Assembly: GCF_001194135.2 (NCBI RefSeq)
Contig: NC_068983.1
Location: 127,871,722 to 127,918,265, forward strand
Origin: Octopus bimaculoides
Taxonomy: Eukaryota
DNA: 46,544 bases
Direction: 5' to 3'
Shown: positions 25,937-39,916 of the stretch, piece by piece
How positions within the stretch are numbered: the stretch's first letter is position 1
Layout of the letters: the number at the start of each line of letters is the position of its first letter
The notes under the pieces: generated by a model
What the model was told of the DNA's origin: nothing
The model's database searches: none
Seen by the model: the letters and a program-made list of their open reading frames with translations, nothing else
Made by a program: the position numbers and the translations under genes

Positions 25937-27087
25937 GTACAAAGTATAAAAATGCAACATATATGGCTAAACTATATATAGAGTAAATGTTAGTGAGATT
26001 TGTGGGCCCTATGCACTTCTTAATCAAAGGCGAGTCTAGGTCTCGGTGATATCCCTGATAAGAGTTTGTATTAAGTTGCTCAATTAGTGACCATCATTTC
26101 CTTTTTTCTTCTCAAAATGTGTCTATATTTATATTGCGCAATATATCCTTTAAATCATCATATGATAGGGTTTAATTGTAGAAGTAAGTAAGTGTGTATC
26201 TAGCATACGGAGCGACTAAGAAGAAGCTCCCACGTTTTTTCGTAAAATGGTAACGTCACGTTGCTATATTTCGTGCACATGCATAGCAGTCCCTATTTAT
26301 GTTTATATATTTAATAAGAAACTTATAATATAACTAATGATCTTTAGAGAAGGTAATTACGATAATCATCAGTTAATAGATATCACCTAGCACCAAATAC
26401 ATTTCTCACACATAATATTCTTCTTCACATATCATTTGTTAATTGAATAATATTTCTGAACTCCACCGTAATCGGTTTCCCTCCTTCTATTTTATAAAAA
26501 AGCAGAAAAAGTGACAAATATCCCACACAAACGTGTTTAAATAGACACACCTACGAGCGGGCGCACACATATATATACAATTAACATATATATACATATA
26601 TATANNNNNNNNNNNNNNNNNNNNNNNNNNNNNNNNNNNNNNNNNNNNNNNNNNNNNNNNNNNNNNNNNNNNNNNNNNNNNNNNNNNNNNNNNNNNNNNN
26701 NNNNNNNNNNNNNNNNNNNNNNNNNNNNNNNNNNNNNNNNNNNNNNNNNNNNNNNNNNNNNNNNNNNNNNNNNNNNNNNNNNNNNNNNNNNNNNNNNNNN
26801 NNNNNNNNNNNNNNNNNNNNNNNNNNNNNNNNNNNNNNNNNNNNNNNNNNNNNNNNNNNNNNNNNNNNNNNNNNNNNNNNNNNNNNNNNNNNNNNNNNNN
26901 NNNNNNNNNNNNNNNNNNNNNNNNNNNNNNNNNNNNNNNNNNNNNNNNNNNNNNNNNNNNNNNNNNNNNNNNNNNNNNNNNNNNNNNNNNNNNNNNNNNN
27001 NNNNNNNNNNNNNNNNNNNNNNNNNNNNNNNNNNNNNNNNNNNNNNNNNNNNNNNNNNNNNNNNNNNNNNNNNNNNNNNNNNNNNNN

Positions 27088-27122
<35 letters not shown>

Positions 27123-27686
27123 CTTTTTATATGTCTGCATGCGTGCATGTACGTGTGTGTTTCAGTGATTATGTCATAAGTGTTTATGTACGCACTCGTA
27201 TGTAAACATATATCTGTATATATGTATAACCGTGTGCGCGTATGGTCGTATGTGAGTAATCAACACCTCACCAGACAACACTGGGAAATCAATACTCTTC
27301 GGCAAAGTTTTAATTATTGTGTAAACTTATCTGCTTATTAGGATTATTAATCTTTCTTACTTGTCACAATATATATCTTCAGCAACTTCATTCATTATCA
27401 GAAAAAGTGTAAAACTATAAAAACATTATCAATTATGCGTTTATCTATATGCTGTGAAGTATATTGTATACTAGATTATTTGATAGTAATACGAGTAAAG
27501 TAATGATTTCGTATATGTATCCAGCTGTTACAGGAGTCTCTTTGCAGTTGTCTGGAACCATTAAAGTGCTGGAAAAGCGGCGTGCAAGATTTTCGGTCTC
27601 CTTCCATAGTTCCGATCCGTATGTATTCGATACAAAAATAAACACACAAACGCAAATGTGTGTGTGTGTGTGTGTGTGTGCGAGTG

Positions 27687-27721
<35 letters not shown>

Positions 27722-27722
<1 letters not shown>

Positions 27723-30560
27723 ATTTGATAGGTTTCGGCCAGTATTGGCACAGGCCATATCTAACTTAACACCACCAACTGGTAAAGTCATTCAAGTCAG
27801 TAATCGGACAATATGGCCCACTGACGGAGAGAGTCATTGTTTATGGAGAAATATCCATTTGTAGGAGGTTTATTCGGGATTTTTTGAAAGAGTTTGCCCG
27901 GAGATTTCTTGAACTTTTTGGGGTCTGTTTCTGCTTTAATGTCTTTTGGTGTAATGTTAAAGTGAGCGGGACAAATTAAAGTGAAATAATGTTGCCGTTT
28001 TGTTTTTATGTGATGCGAGTACGATTTATGTTGAGGGCCGATAGCGCGAGGTTGAAGTCTTGGGTGTGTTTTAAAGGCGATATCAACATCAATTGGGCAA
28101 TGCTGATGGAATATTTTCCACATTATGCAGATGATATAGCGCACACGGCGGTGTTGGAAAGAATAAAACTTGAGCTTTTCTCGTCGACTCCAGTAGTCAA
28201 GGCCTGTCATGTCATGTATCTTTATTGTAATTGGCCTTTGAGGTGCTTCAATTTGCATGGTATTTTGTTTAGCTTGGGGATTCCGAAGTGGACAATATTC
28301 AAGATGGGGTCGAGCAAAAGTAGAGGAGTGGATAATGGTGTGGATATCTCTCGACTGGAAAATCTGAGAATCCAGGAGCATATTCTGCGGTCTAAATGTG
28401 GACACAGTGACCTTGTGCTTTTTCGTAAAAGAGAACACTTGAGGATTGCGTTTGATTTTCTCCATGGCCCATTTCTCTTCATCTGTTCTTTGATTATTGA
28501 TGATGGTTTTCGTGCATTTTTGGAGGTAACATATTCCTGATTCAAGCAGGGTGTTAGCCGCCGAAATACTGCTGTTTGCAGTATTTTAGTTTGTTAATTT
28601 TTTTTGTTTTGTTCTTTTAATTTTTCTTATAATCGTTTTTCCTTTTGGGGAATTCTGCACTTAGTTTTCTTCACCGGTCTTGGTGGGTTTTGTTTAACAC
28701 TTTGTTTGTGACAATGTCTACGAAGATCAGCCAAGATATTTTAATGCTGGAGGACATGTGTTCATGTGTGAAATACCAATCAGTATGCAACGGATCGCTT
28801 ATGATTTAGTCACACTCAGCGTCATGGAGATCCAATGTATCGAATAGGTGAGCTGGAGAAAGGTCAATAGGGTATGCTTTCGGCTGGTGGAATTTCAGGT
28901 AACAGAGACCCAAAGTTTTCCATTCAAATATTGTTTATTGTGTTAGTGTGGTTACTAAACACAGGGTCTAAAACTTAACATCATCTTGATGCAAGGACAA
29001 GTTGGGGCAAGGACACTCATTCATGAAGTTGAGAAGTGACGCTACTGTTTCTTTGTCAGGAGTTGAACTGTGAGCGACTGATTTCAAACTATGTGTAGAC
29101 CAATCAGCACACGATAGATTAAAAACTCCCATCATAATTATGTTATTAGCATTGCACTGTTGAATAAAGCATTTAATGCTGTTGATGCTATCATTAAAGC
29201 GCACTATGGGTGTTTGATGTGACCTATACAGCCCAACTGCTGTGAGGTCTATCATATTGTTGTGCACGATGACCGATTCACAGCAGGCATTGGAGAATAT
29301 CATATTTCCATCTGCAGAAAAAGAATCATGCAAAAAAAATGGCAGTTCCACCTTTCCTTTGATAGGCTCGATGGTTGTGAAATTCCTCACTTTCACTTAG
29401 TGGGAGTTGTCGAGGTGGGTCTCGATAAGAATGAAGAAAGTAATGTGGTGTGGATGGTTACCAACCCAATCCTCACTGAACTGGATCTTCCATTTTCGTG
29501 TAATGATGGAAAGACTGACACATGTGGCATTGAGAAGAAATGTGGAGGCTAGCGTAGTGGCAGGTTTTGACTGTTACATGGGGCTTTTTTCTGATTGTGT
29601 GTTATTGACAGCAATGTAGGGAGTTGGTGCACTGGGGAAATAGCATAGGATGGTATTGAATGGTTGCCAAAAGGTTTGTGTCTATCTCATTTGTCATATT
29701 TAACATGGCTGAAAAAGAATTTTGCTGCTTAGGGAGCCGTTTGACTGGAAGTGTGGTTGCACTGGTGGATAACATTGTCGTTTCCACTTTTGTTGTGTGT
29801 TTTTTTTGTTGTTGTTGTTGTGTCTTCGTGAAAATATTGGATCAGCATTACTGCACTGGGCAATGTTTTTAGTGCAGTGTGTGTGTTGGCTTGCAGTCCT
29901 TATTATGCGTCGTGTCCTAGAAGATGAGCAACGGGACAGCCACACAGCAGACAGTTTCTCGCATCGGGAAAACCGGCAGATTCTGCGATTCCGTGTTAGG
30001 CGTGTTTTAACATTCATTTTAGTATTTGGTGATGCTGATGTTATTGTGGGATGCATGATTTGGCCCTATCTTGTAGCGTTTGTCTGGATTGTACGTCTAG
30101 TGTCAGGTCGACGTGTAAAGATGCAGACACTACCTCTGCAGAGTCTGTAACGTAGGGAATAATGGCATATTTTGGGGATTTCTTGTTAGTGTCGTAGGGG
30201 ACACATTCTGCTTCATAAATTGTTTTTTTTTTATGATACAGTAGGTTTGAGGTGGCGATGTGCAAGAAGACAGTATTTCGGGTTGTAGAAGTGGATGGTG
30301 GCTACGGTGGTGATGATGATAGTTGAGGTGGCTGCTGTGAGAGTGGTGAGTGAGAGAGGGGTGAAGAGATAATATCGTTCAGTAAATCAGCTACTTTGCT
30401 AGAATTTAGGAGCAGCTCTTCCTGTTGGTGTTGCTGTTCATGATTTTCTGGCTGTCGTTGTCCTTTAGATTGGTGCTTTTCATGACTTGCTGGTTGTTGT
30501 TGTTGTCGTCGTTTTACTTGTGTTTGCTGTTCATGGTTTTCTGGCTGTTGTTGTTGTGCT
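27722..30560 (-). mobile_element. CR1/L2-group non-LTR retrotransposon remnant (ORF1 piece, endonuclease, linker, C-terminus, 3' UTR; RT core absent)
   Basis: Endonuclease motifs FLNAT..LSII...LIETHLDNS (about 29400-29550) and GLYRS..GVFNL (decayed GDFN, ORF 28968-29396). Linker EKIKRNPQVF. C-terminal RRICSWIL / FQSRDI..STFARPHLEYC..IEAPQR..LDYWSRREKLKFYSFQHRR.RY...WKI (ORF 27797-28465). 3' UTR ggcctgtgccaatactggccgaaacc runs into (TA)n. The 5' boundary is approximate. Confidence 0.9.
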
Positions 30561-30605
30561 TAACCAATATTTAAAGAGAGAAGATATATATATATATATA
30601 TATGT

Positions 30606-30645
30606 ACGGCCGCAGTCAAATCACTGAAACAAATGCAAGGAAATA
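30606..30645 (+). mobile_element. 5'-truncated SINE family A tail
   Basis: cggccgcagtcaaatcactgaaacaaatg matches the tail at 18040-18065. Confidence 0.7.
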
Positions 30646-31103
30646 ATGAGAGAAGATATATATGTACATATATATTTATGTATATATNNNNNNNNNNNNN
30701 NNNNNNNNNNNNNNNNNNNNNNNNNNNNNNNNNNNNNNNNNNNNNNNNNNNNNNNNNNNNNNNNNNNNNNNNNNNNNNNNNNNNNNNNNNNNNNNNNNNN
30801 NNNNNNNNNNNNNNNNNNNNNNNNNNNNNNNNNNNNNNNNNNNNNNNNNNNNNNNNNNNNNNNNNNNNNNNNNNNNNNNNNNNNNNNNNNNNNNNNNNNN
30901 NNNNNNNNNNNNNNNNNNNNNNNNNNNNNNNNNNNNNNNNNNNNNNNNNNNNNNNNNNNNNNNNNNNNNNNNNNNNNNNNNNNNNNNNNNNNNNNNNNNN
31001 NNNNNNNNNNNNNNNNNNNNNNNNNNNNNNNNNNNNNNNNNNNNNNNNNNNNNNNNNNNNNNNNNNNNNNNNNNNNNNNNNNNNNNNNNNNNNNNNNNNN
31101 NNN

Positions 31104-31135
<32 letters not shown>

Positions 31136-33415
31136 AGTGAGAGGGAGAGAATGATAGACAGAAGTATGAATAATATACATTAATTAATCCGTGTCGCCCA
31201 AGTATATAATAACATACATAAACACATTGAATCTTCATGGTACATTTTGTAAGCACTCGACTACTCCACAGACTGAAGATTCGGTACTATTTGCCTCTAC
31301 GTTTGTTTTCTGTGTGTGTGTGTGTGTGGGTGTGTGTGTGGGTGTGTGTGTGTGCTATTATGTGTGAAACTAGTTTAGTTCTATGCTGTTATTATTCGTG
31401 AGATCACTAGAACGACTGCTTGGGAATGCTTAAAAGAGAGCTGGTTAACATGTATGTACTCGCATATGGGATATCGTGTACCATGCGTTTAAGTGAGTAT
31501 GTGTAAGTTTTTTCTGTAATAGTGGTTTCAATTGAGATTAAAATAAAATAAGGGACGAGTAATTGGTGTTCTGGTAAGTGGTCGCTTAATATGTATGTCA
31601 TGGTGCTGTTGATAGATGTGTGTGCAATGTTTCCTGTAGTGCGTTCACCTGTGAACGTTAGAGATACCACCTTATTCCATGTAAGACCAAAATTCATCTA
31701 CACTGCGTTGCTTGACATCGGTTATATATATATATGTTAATGTACACGTGCGCGCGTTAATGTGTATGTATATGAATATTTATAAATGCGTGTTATATTT
31801 GTGTCGAGAATTCACTCTATAGATTAAAAGAATGATACTGCTTGACATTGAATATACGGTTTTAAATTCACCACATACATCAGGCTGCATACATATAACT
31901 TTTTGCTCGTCTATACTTATAGTTCTGTTTATTTGTGTTTCATTCACCTGTAACAATTTGCATAAGGACGTTAGTCATTTTATACCATCTTCAAATTTTA
32001 GACCGACTCACATGATGCAAAGCGAAACATTCAATAGAAATTGTTTTCCTTTATAAGTTAATTGAAATTTTCTTTGTGGTGCAAAATATATGACATGATG
32101 GTTCATTGTGAGACGTCTTCTGGCCTGAGGAATTTTCTGCAAAATATTATTCTCTGAATAAATTGTATCAACTAAATTATTACATATATATTCCTCTGTA
32201 AACGTTGCCTTTTTTCTGAGAAAAAAGAAAATTGATGTGAATATTATTTATTCATGAATAATATTACTGTATGTATATTTACTGGTTATATTTTTCGAAT
32301 GCAATAAACGAAGAAAGTTTTGTCAAGTATTTTTTGTGAATTGTACTTGGCTGATGTAAACATATATTTTGAAAAAATGCTATTCTTAATTTCACACAAT
32401 TTTTTTTTATTTCAAAAATAGAATGTTGTTTATCACTTTCAGAGTTAAGAAAGATATAAAACCAAGTATTCATAGAATAATGAAAATTTCCATACGCTTT
32501 TCTTGAATTGGAATATATCTGAGAAAAACATGATAGTATTTGATGGACAGATAGGCAATGTCACGACTTCATTGATGGAGTAAATCGCCAACTCAGCTGT
32601 CTAAGAGTAGACAAAGCGTGAGACACATGATGTCAAAGTTTACGTTGGTTTATAATAAAAATCTATCACTCTTGGAAATCCCGTTTGGCTTTCAGGCATA
32701 CTATATCTAGTAGTAGATTATCCTGCGATTTGAGATAGATTTGGCTGCTAATACTAGCAGTAAATGAAGGATTTGTTCAGTGGCTGAAACGTTTTCACTG
32801 ACCAGAATTGGTGTCTAAGATCCTAATTGAAATTGTTGTGTCTGTGTCAGGTTAACATATGGAAATGTTGCTATAGACAGTTAATAATGCAGTGTTTGGT
32901 TTGGAAGCAACAGTCTTGTGCAAGGGGAGTGAGAAAGAAAACCTAGAAATATGTCTTACCAGTAGTCATGTTGTATGAGGTCACACTTCTCCAGATTAAA
33001 ATATTATTAAGTCTGATGTTGCAGCTCTGTGTCTACAGACACCATCTGCTACAATAATTAATTTCCTCATTGAAATTCCTCCATTTACTAACCCAGTTTA
33101 TATTTATATAGATTCACTTAATGATGTACCTGTAGCTGAAATTATTAGGGACTAACAAAACGCAAAATTGTAATAAATGTGTCCTAGACAATTTTCAAGA
33201 TAGCCTTTTCGATGAGTAAGGTAATATAGTTATGAACGATTATTACGGTTGGATCAGGGCCATTTTAACAGCATTGTATTCCCCTGTGCAAATCATTGTA
33301 ATGATCCCTATAATTTACATATTGACAACAAAGCAAATCAAATCATACATAGACTCAGAGTGCTCTTAGGCCCAGTGTGCAAATCATATAAGACAGTACT
33401 GAGTTGGGTATAATG

Positions 33416-33625
33416 AAGGGAGCAGGCAGAATCGTTAACGTGCCTGAAAATGTAATTGAGTAACGGCGTATATTTCGGCTATACATTCTGAGTTCAAATT
33501 CTGTGTGTTTCGACTTCGACTTTTATCATTTCGGGATCGAAATTATAACTATAATTAAAACACGAGCGTCCATGTATTTGACTAGATACGTCATGAATTC
33601 CACGTCCTGAACAAGAAAAGTTATT
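33416..33625 (+). mobile_element. SINE family B
   Basis: gagcaggcagaatcgttaacgtgcctg...cattctgagttcaaattctg...ttttatcatttcgggatcgaaatt. Confidence 0.75.
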
Positions 33626-36600
33626 ATTGTCGGATATGTATGAGCCATTTATACACAATCAGACATACATACACATACACACACACACACATACACACAC
33701 ACACACACACACGCACACATACACANNNNNNNNNNNNNNNNNNNNNNNNNNNNNNNNNNNNNNNNNNNNNNNNNNNNNNNNNNNNNNNNNNNNNNNNNNN
33801 NNNNNNNNNNNNNNNNNNNNNNNNNNNNNNNNNNNNNNNNNNNNNNNNNNNNNNNNNNNNNNNNNNNNNNNNNNNNNNNNNNNNNNNNNNNNNNNNNNNN
33901 NNNNNNNNNNNNNNNNNNNNNNNNNNNNNNNNNNNNNNNNNNNNNNNNNNNNNNNNNNNNNNNNNNNNNNNNNNNNNNNNNNNNNNNNNNNNNNNNNNNN
34001 NNNNNNNNNNNNNNNNNNNNNNNNNNNNNNNNNNNNNNNNNNNNNNNNNNNNNNNNNNNNNNNNNNNNNNNNNNNNNNNNNNNNNNNNNNNNNNNNNNNN
34101 NNNNNNNNNNNNNNNNNNNNNNNNNNNNNNNNNNNNNNNNNNNNNNNNNNNNNNNNNNNNNNNNNNNNNNNNNNNNNNNNNNNNNNNNNNNNNNNNNNNN
34201 NNNNNNNNNNNNNNNNNNNNNNNNNNNNNNNNNNNNNNNNNNNNNNNNNNNNNNNNNNNNNNNNTATATATATATATGTATATATATGTATATATATATA
34301 TATGTATATATATGTATATATATATATATGTATATATATGTATATATATATATGTATATATATGTATATATATATATATGTATATATATGTATATATATA
34401 TATATGTATATATATGTATATATATATATGCATATATATATGTATAAATATATATATATATGGCTTACATTATGCGCACATGCCTGTGCATTTGTATGAA
34501 CACATGGACATATCTATTTAGACTTGTATCTACAATCACCTACCCACCGACATACGGACAGTCATATATATGAACACATGCATATTTAACGGCAATTTGA
34601 AATGTGTATACAAACTTAACTACGTCCATGTTTGTATGTGGGTGAATGTTTCACATTCGGAAGAAATATGTAGAACCTGACGACGGCGATAAATTACTTA
34701 GAAATTTGTCGATATTTTGAAGATATTGATGAGTTGTATTTTTCATGATCGCAGAAAGTATAAAATGTATATATAAATCTAGAAATGCATCAAGTGAATG
34801 AAACATTATTGCTAAATTGCAGAGTTGCCAAGATACACGAGAGATATTTTAATGTTAATTGGTGGGATACGAAACGATTTTAGCCCGAAAATAACTCTAT
34901 TATCTACAATACACATAAAAAGTGCTGCTATATCGAAGCTAAATGACGCGTAAATTAAGCAATATTCACCAAGAAAATTGCGATTAAGAATTGTTTGATG
35001 TGAATTTAGCAAACGTTTTTACTTCGATCGATTCTATGAACATATCTTGTTATCAATAAGAAGAATCATAAGATATTCAGCATGAAGGAAGATCATGGTT
35101 TTACTCCTACTTTCATGGTAATATATCGATTATTCATTAATCTCTCATCAATTCCCCCAATGAGATAAATATGTGCTTTGGTATTTTCACATATCGATCC
35201 ACATTTTCAACCTCTTCTCGAGATCGTGCGACAAAGGTTACAGCCTTTACACTTTTGAAAAGACATTAGTTTCTAAGATCATGGAAACCTTATCATACGT
35301 ACTTATCCTCGGTAAGAAGCAATACTTCTGATACTTTAAATCATTATAATACAACACTTGAAACAGCGTGGCATTTCATCTGTATTTAGACTCAAATGTA
35401 GATAGTACTTTCTTACGATCGCAACTATTTCAATTCTAAATCTTTCGTTTCAGTTTCAAGTAATTTTTTTTTCTGAATTATATAAAGAAACTAGTGAGTA
35501 ACTAATGTTCTATGTATGAATTCGACTGCTACGCAAGGCATAAATCTCCCCCAAATTTGACGCATATCAAGAAAACAGAAAATTAATGTCAACAATATTA
35601 TTCATTATAGGAACACTGGACTGAGATTGGCATCGATCTTAAAAGTTGCATAAGATCACAGGAATTTCGGGTCAAATTATCTTAGTTTTTAGTTCATAAT
35701 CCATAGATCTCATATTGAATTCTGACGACGAAATATTTCCGTGATTATTATATATTTTTATACATTTATCTTATAGTGTTTTCTCTACCGTTTAAATCTG
35801 TTTGAAACAGTTCAAAAGAAACACTTCACATGATTATTTGTTTTTCGATATTGTTTTGGTTTTAAATTATACCATTCTGTCACTCCTAATGCATCAGTCT
35901 TACAATGAAAGGCATTCCAGTCGTTATATGACGGTTGTTTTCTTATTTCAGAAATATAAATTAATCACAAGTAAATTGTGTAATGTTAGACATAGTTTTG
36001 TCTCCTATTGTTTGAAGTCCATTAAACATACGATTTTCTTTTCAGAAATATAATTAACAATTACCTCAAATTCAATGTGTAACTTGCAAAGTATGACGTC
36101 AGAAATAGTTTTGCCAATATTTACCCACGAAGATATCGATATAAACATAAAATTAAACTAGAATTAATGAAAGCCCTAACTTCACATAGAGAAAATAATT
36201 AGGCACAAATACTTAGCAAAAGAGTGAAAACAGCATATGTTCGAACATCAAATTTTAATATGTTCTCGACAATAAAATCGCTACTGTTGCACTCAAGTCG
36301 GTTCTCCGAAAAAGATAAATTGAAATTTAATGATTAGAAGCCGGGTTTAATTAAAATGTAAACTTCCTTGAGGATAAATGGTATTTTATATTCAAAGTTT
36401 GGTTGACTATACAAGAAAATCAATTAATTTTCTTTATGAATCACTAACCAGAGTTTTATACAGCACTAACGCAAACGCAGAGATGAATTTCATAATCTTT
36501 AAAACTACGCTGACTGCAGTCAACAATGAGACTGTTTGTTAGATTTTTTTTTAAATTCTCCTTTAGACTAAGGTGAGGGCTCAAAACAATGGAAATGTCA

Positions 36601-38041
36601 TGCATCAAGTTAATTAATTTTTTTCACTTACATTTAAATAAGTGTAGAATCAATCTTCTCTGGTGAGTTTATCATTCAAACATTATTATAAAAATTGCCC
36701 CTGTAATTTACTGCTGCTTTTCGTGACAGCTGTCGAGAATACCCACGACATATTATATTTGGATATGATTGGAGTAATTCGTGTTGATACATTTTCCCGA
36801 GTGTCAAACTGATAGACCTGCTCTCTCTTTTATTTTATGTATACTTGAACCATGTGTATGGATGTCATTGTGTTTTGGAAAAATACTTTTAGCATAGATA
36901 TATAATAAAAGGGTGAATAAAGCACATGTTCCCGTATTGCTTATCAGTATTGTCTCGACTTTTACAAACTAACTTTAAACATCGCAAAAACATCACTATT
37001 ATTTCACTCAAATATGTATACATCGGTACACGTATACATAAAAAGTTATATANNNNNNNNNNNNNNNNNNNNNNNNNNNNNNNNNNNNNNNNNNNNNNNN
37101 NNNNNNNNNNNNNNNNNNNNNNNNNNNNNNNNNNNNNNNNNNNNNNNNNNNNNNNNNNNNNNNNNNNNNNNNNNNNNNNNNNNNNNNNNNNNNNNNNNNN
37201 NNNNNNNNNNNNNNNNNNNNNNNNNNNNNNNNNNNNNNNNNNNNNNNNNNNNNNNNNNNNNNNNNNNNNNNNNNNNNNNNNNNNNNNNNNNNNNNNNNNN
37301 NNNNNNNNNNNNNNNNNNNNNNNNNNNNNNNNNNNNNNNNNNNNNNNNNNNNNNNNNNNNNNNNNNNNNNNNNNNNNNNNNNNNNNNNNNNNNNNNNNNN
37401 NNNNNNNNNNNNNNNNNNNNNNNNNNNNNNNNNNNNNNNNNNNNNNNNNNNNNNNNNNNNNNNNNNNNNNNNNNNNNNNNNNNNNNNNNNNNNNNNNNNN
37501 NNNNNNNNNNNNNNNNNNNNNNNNNNNNNNNNNNNNNNNNNNNNNNNNNNNNNNNNNNNNNNNNNNNNNNNNNNNNNNNNNNNNNNNNNNNNNNNNNNNN
37601 NNNNNNNNNNNNNNNNNNNNNNNNNNNNNNNNNNNNNNNNNNNNNNNNNNNNNNNNNNNNNNNNNNNNNNNNNNNNNNNNNNNNNNNNNNNNNNNNNNNN
37701 NNNNNNNNNNNNNNNNNNNNNNNNNNNNNNNNNNNNNNNNNNNNNNNNNNNNNNNNNNNNNNNNNNNNNNNNNNNNNNNNNNNNNNNNNNNNNNNNNNNN
37801 NNNNNNNNNNNNNNNNNNNNNNNNNNNNNNNNNNNNNNNNNNNNNNNNNNNNNNNNNNNNNNNNNNNNNNNNNNNNNNNNNNNNNNNNNNNNNNNNNNNN
37901 NNNNNNNNNNNNNNNNNNNNNNNNNNNNNNNNNNNNNNNNNNNNNNNNNNNNNNNNNNNNNNNNNNNNNNNNNNNNNNNNNNNNNNNNNNNNNNNNNNNN
38001 NNNNNNNNNNNNNNNNNNNNNNNNNNNNNNNNNNNNNNNNN

Positions 38042-38124
<83 letters not shown>

Positions 38125-38448
38125 AAGCATTCCCTTAGAAGCAGTGATTCATATACATACTCCTTAAGGCTTATGTCAGTGTATAATTGGGTATTCTTAA
38201 GCTAGACTTGAGCATTTAGTGAAACAAATTCAAGTTTTATACGTATGTATCATTGGCGATATTCCTAATACGAATGTAGGCAGATACATGTGATGCGTGT
38301 GAGACAGACTAGGAAGATTGCCCATTGCGTTTTCGGATTGGTGAAATTATACATGCTATTGCTTATTGGGTAAAAGTAGCTGAGATTCAAATAAGTTTCA
38401 AGGCATGAACATAAGTATTATTTTCTTGTTAGTACAATGCTTATAAAC

Positions 38449-38496
<48 letters not shown>

Positions 38497-39426
38497 NNNN
38501 NNNNNNNNNNNNNNNNNNNNNNNNNNNNNNNNNNNNNNNNNNNNNNNNNNNNNNNNNNNNNNNNNNNNNNNNNNNNNNNNNNNNNNNNNNNNNNNNNNNN
38601 NNNNNNNNNNNNNNNNNNNNNNNNNNNNNNNNNNNNNNNNNNNNNNNNNNNNNNNNNNNNNNNNNNNNNNNNNNNNNNNNNNNNNNNNNNNNNNNNNNNN
38701 NNNNNNNNNNNNNNNNNNNNNNNNNNNNNNNNNNNNNNNNNNNNNNNNNNNNNNNNNNNNNNNNNNNNNNNNNNNNNNNNNNNNNNNNNNNNNNNNNNNN
38801 NNNNNNNNNNNNNNNNNNNNNNNNNNNNNNNNNNNNNNNNNNNNNNNNNNNNNNNNNNNNNNNNNNNNNNNNNNNNNNNNNNNNNNNNNNNNNNNNNNNN
38901 NNNNNNNNNNNNNNNNNNNNNNNNNNNNNNNNNNNNNNNNNNNNNNNNNNNNNNNNNNNNNNNNNNNNNNNNNNNNNNNNNNNNNNNNNNNNNNNNNNNN
39001 NNNNNNNNNNNNNNNNNNNNNNNNNNNNNNNNNNNNNNNNNNNNNNNNNNNNNNNNNNNNNNNNNNNNNNNNNNNNNNNNNNNNNNNNNNNNNNNNNNNN
39101 NNNNNNNNNNNNNNNNNNNNNNNNNNNNNNNNNNNNNNNNNNNNNNNNNNNNNNNNNNNNNNNNNNNNNNNNNNNNNNNNNNNNNNNNNNNNNNNNNNNN
39201 NNNNNNNNNNNNNNNNNNNNNNNNNNNNNNNNNNNNNNNNNNNNNNNNNNNNNNNNNNNNNNNNNNNNNNNNNNNNNNNNNNNNNNNNNNNNNNNNNNNN
39301 NNNNNNNNNNNNNNNNNNNNNNNNNNNNNNNNNNNNNNNNNNNNNNNNNNNNNNNNNNNNNNNNNNNNNNNNNNNNNNNNNNNNNNNNNNNNNNNNNNNN
39401 NNNNNNNNNNNNNNNNNNNNNNNNNT

Positions 39427-39507
39427 ATGTATGTATGTATGTATGTATGTATGTATGTATGTATGTATGTATGTATGTATGTATGTATGTATGTATGTAT
39501 GTATGTA

Positions 39508-39540
<33 letters not shown>

Positions 39541-39577
39541 ATGTATGTATGTATGTATGTATGTATGTATGTATGTA

Positions 39578-39610
<33 letters not shown>
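39427..39610. repeat. (TATG)n / (TG)n compound microsatellite
   Basis: Directly visible next to the 38497-39426 gap. Confidence 0.95.
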
Positions 39611-39617
<7 letters not shown>

Positions 39618-39780
39618 CATGACTTAGTGATTAGAGCGTCGGACTCACAATCATGAAGTACTGAGTTCGATTACAGGACCGGGTTGTGTGTTGTGTTCTT
39701 GTGTAAGACATTTTATTTTACGTTGCAGTAGAAATAAGTTGCATTGTCAGTGGTACGTTGACCATGGGATTGCATTAAGA
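39611..39780 (+). mobile_element. tRNA-derived SINE family C head
   Basis: tgacttagtgattagagcgtcggactcacaatcatg...gagttcgattac is a tRNA-like A/B box, followed by gtgttgtgttcttgtgtaagacattttattttacgttgc. Confidence 0.8.
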
Positions 39781-39881
39781 AAGCTTCATAGAAGAGGATA
39801 AACCTAGTTATTAGGTTCACTAACATCTTTGGACGTAAACAGTTAATAGTTAAAAACGGAAAACACATACACACACACACA

Positions 39882-39916
<35 letters not shown>

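Noticed and set aside
27989-28540. 183-aa plus-strand ORF (also 29797-30150 and 29262-29552)
   Set aside because: Antisense shadows of the minus-strand CR1 LINE coding sequence.
34672-34716. CTGACGA…GAAA-TTT-GTC hammerhead-like string
   Set aside because: Neither stem I (agaac versus gatat) nor stem II pairs; at best a fully decayed relic.
39611-39685. Possible tRNA gene
   Set aside because: The A/B boxes run directly into a SINE body shared with other copies and the acceptor stem does not close, so it is a SINE head.
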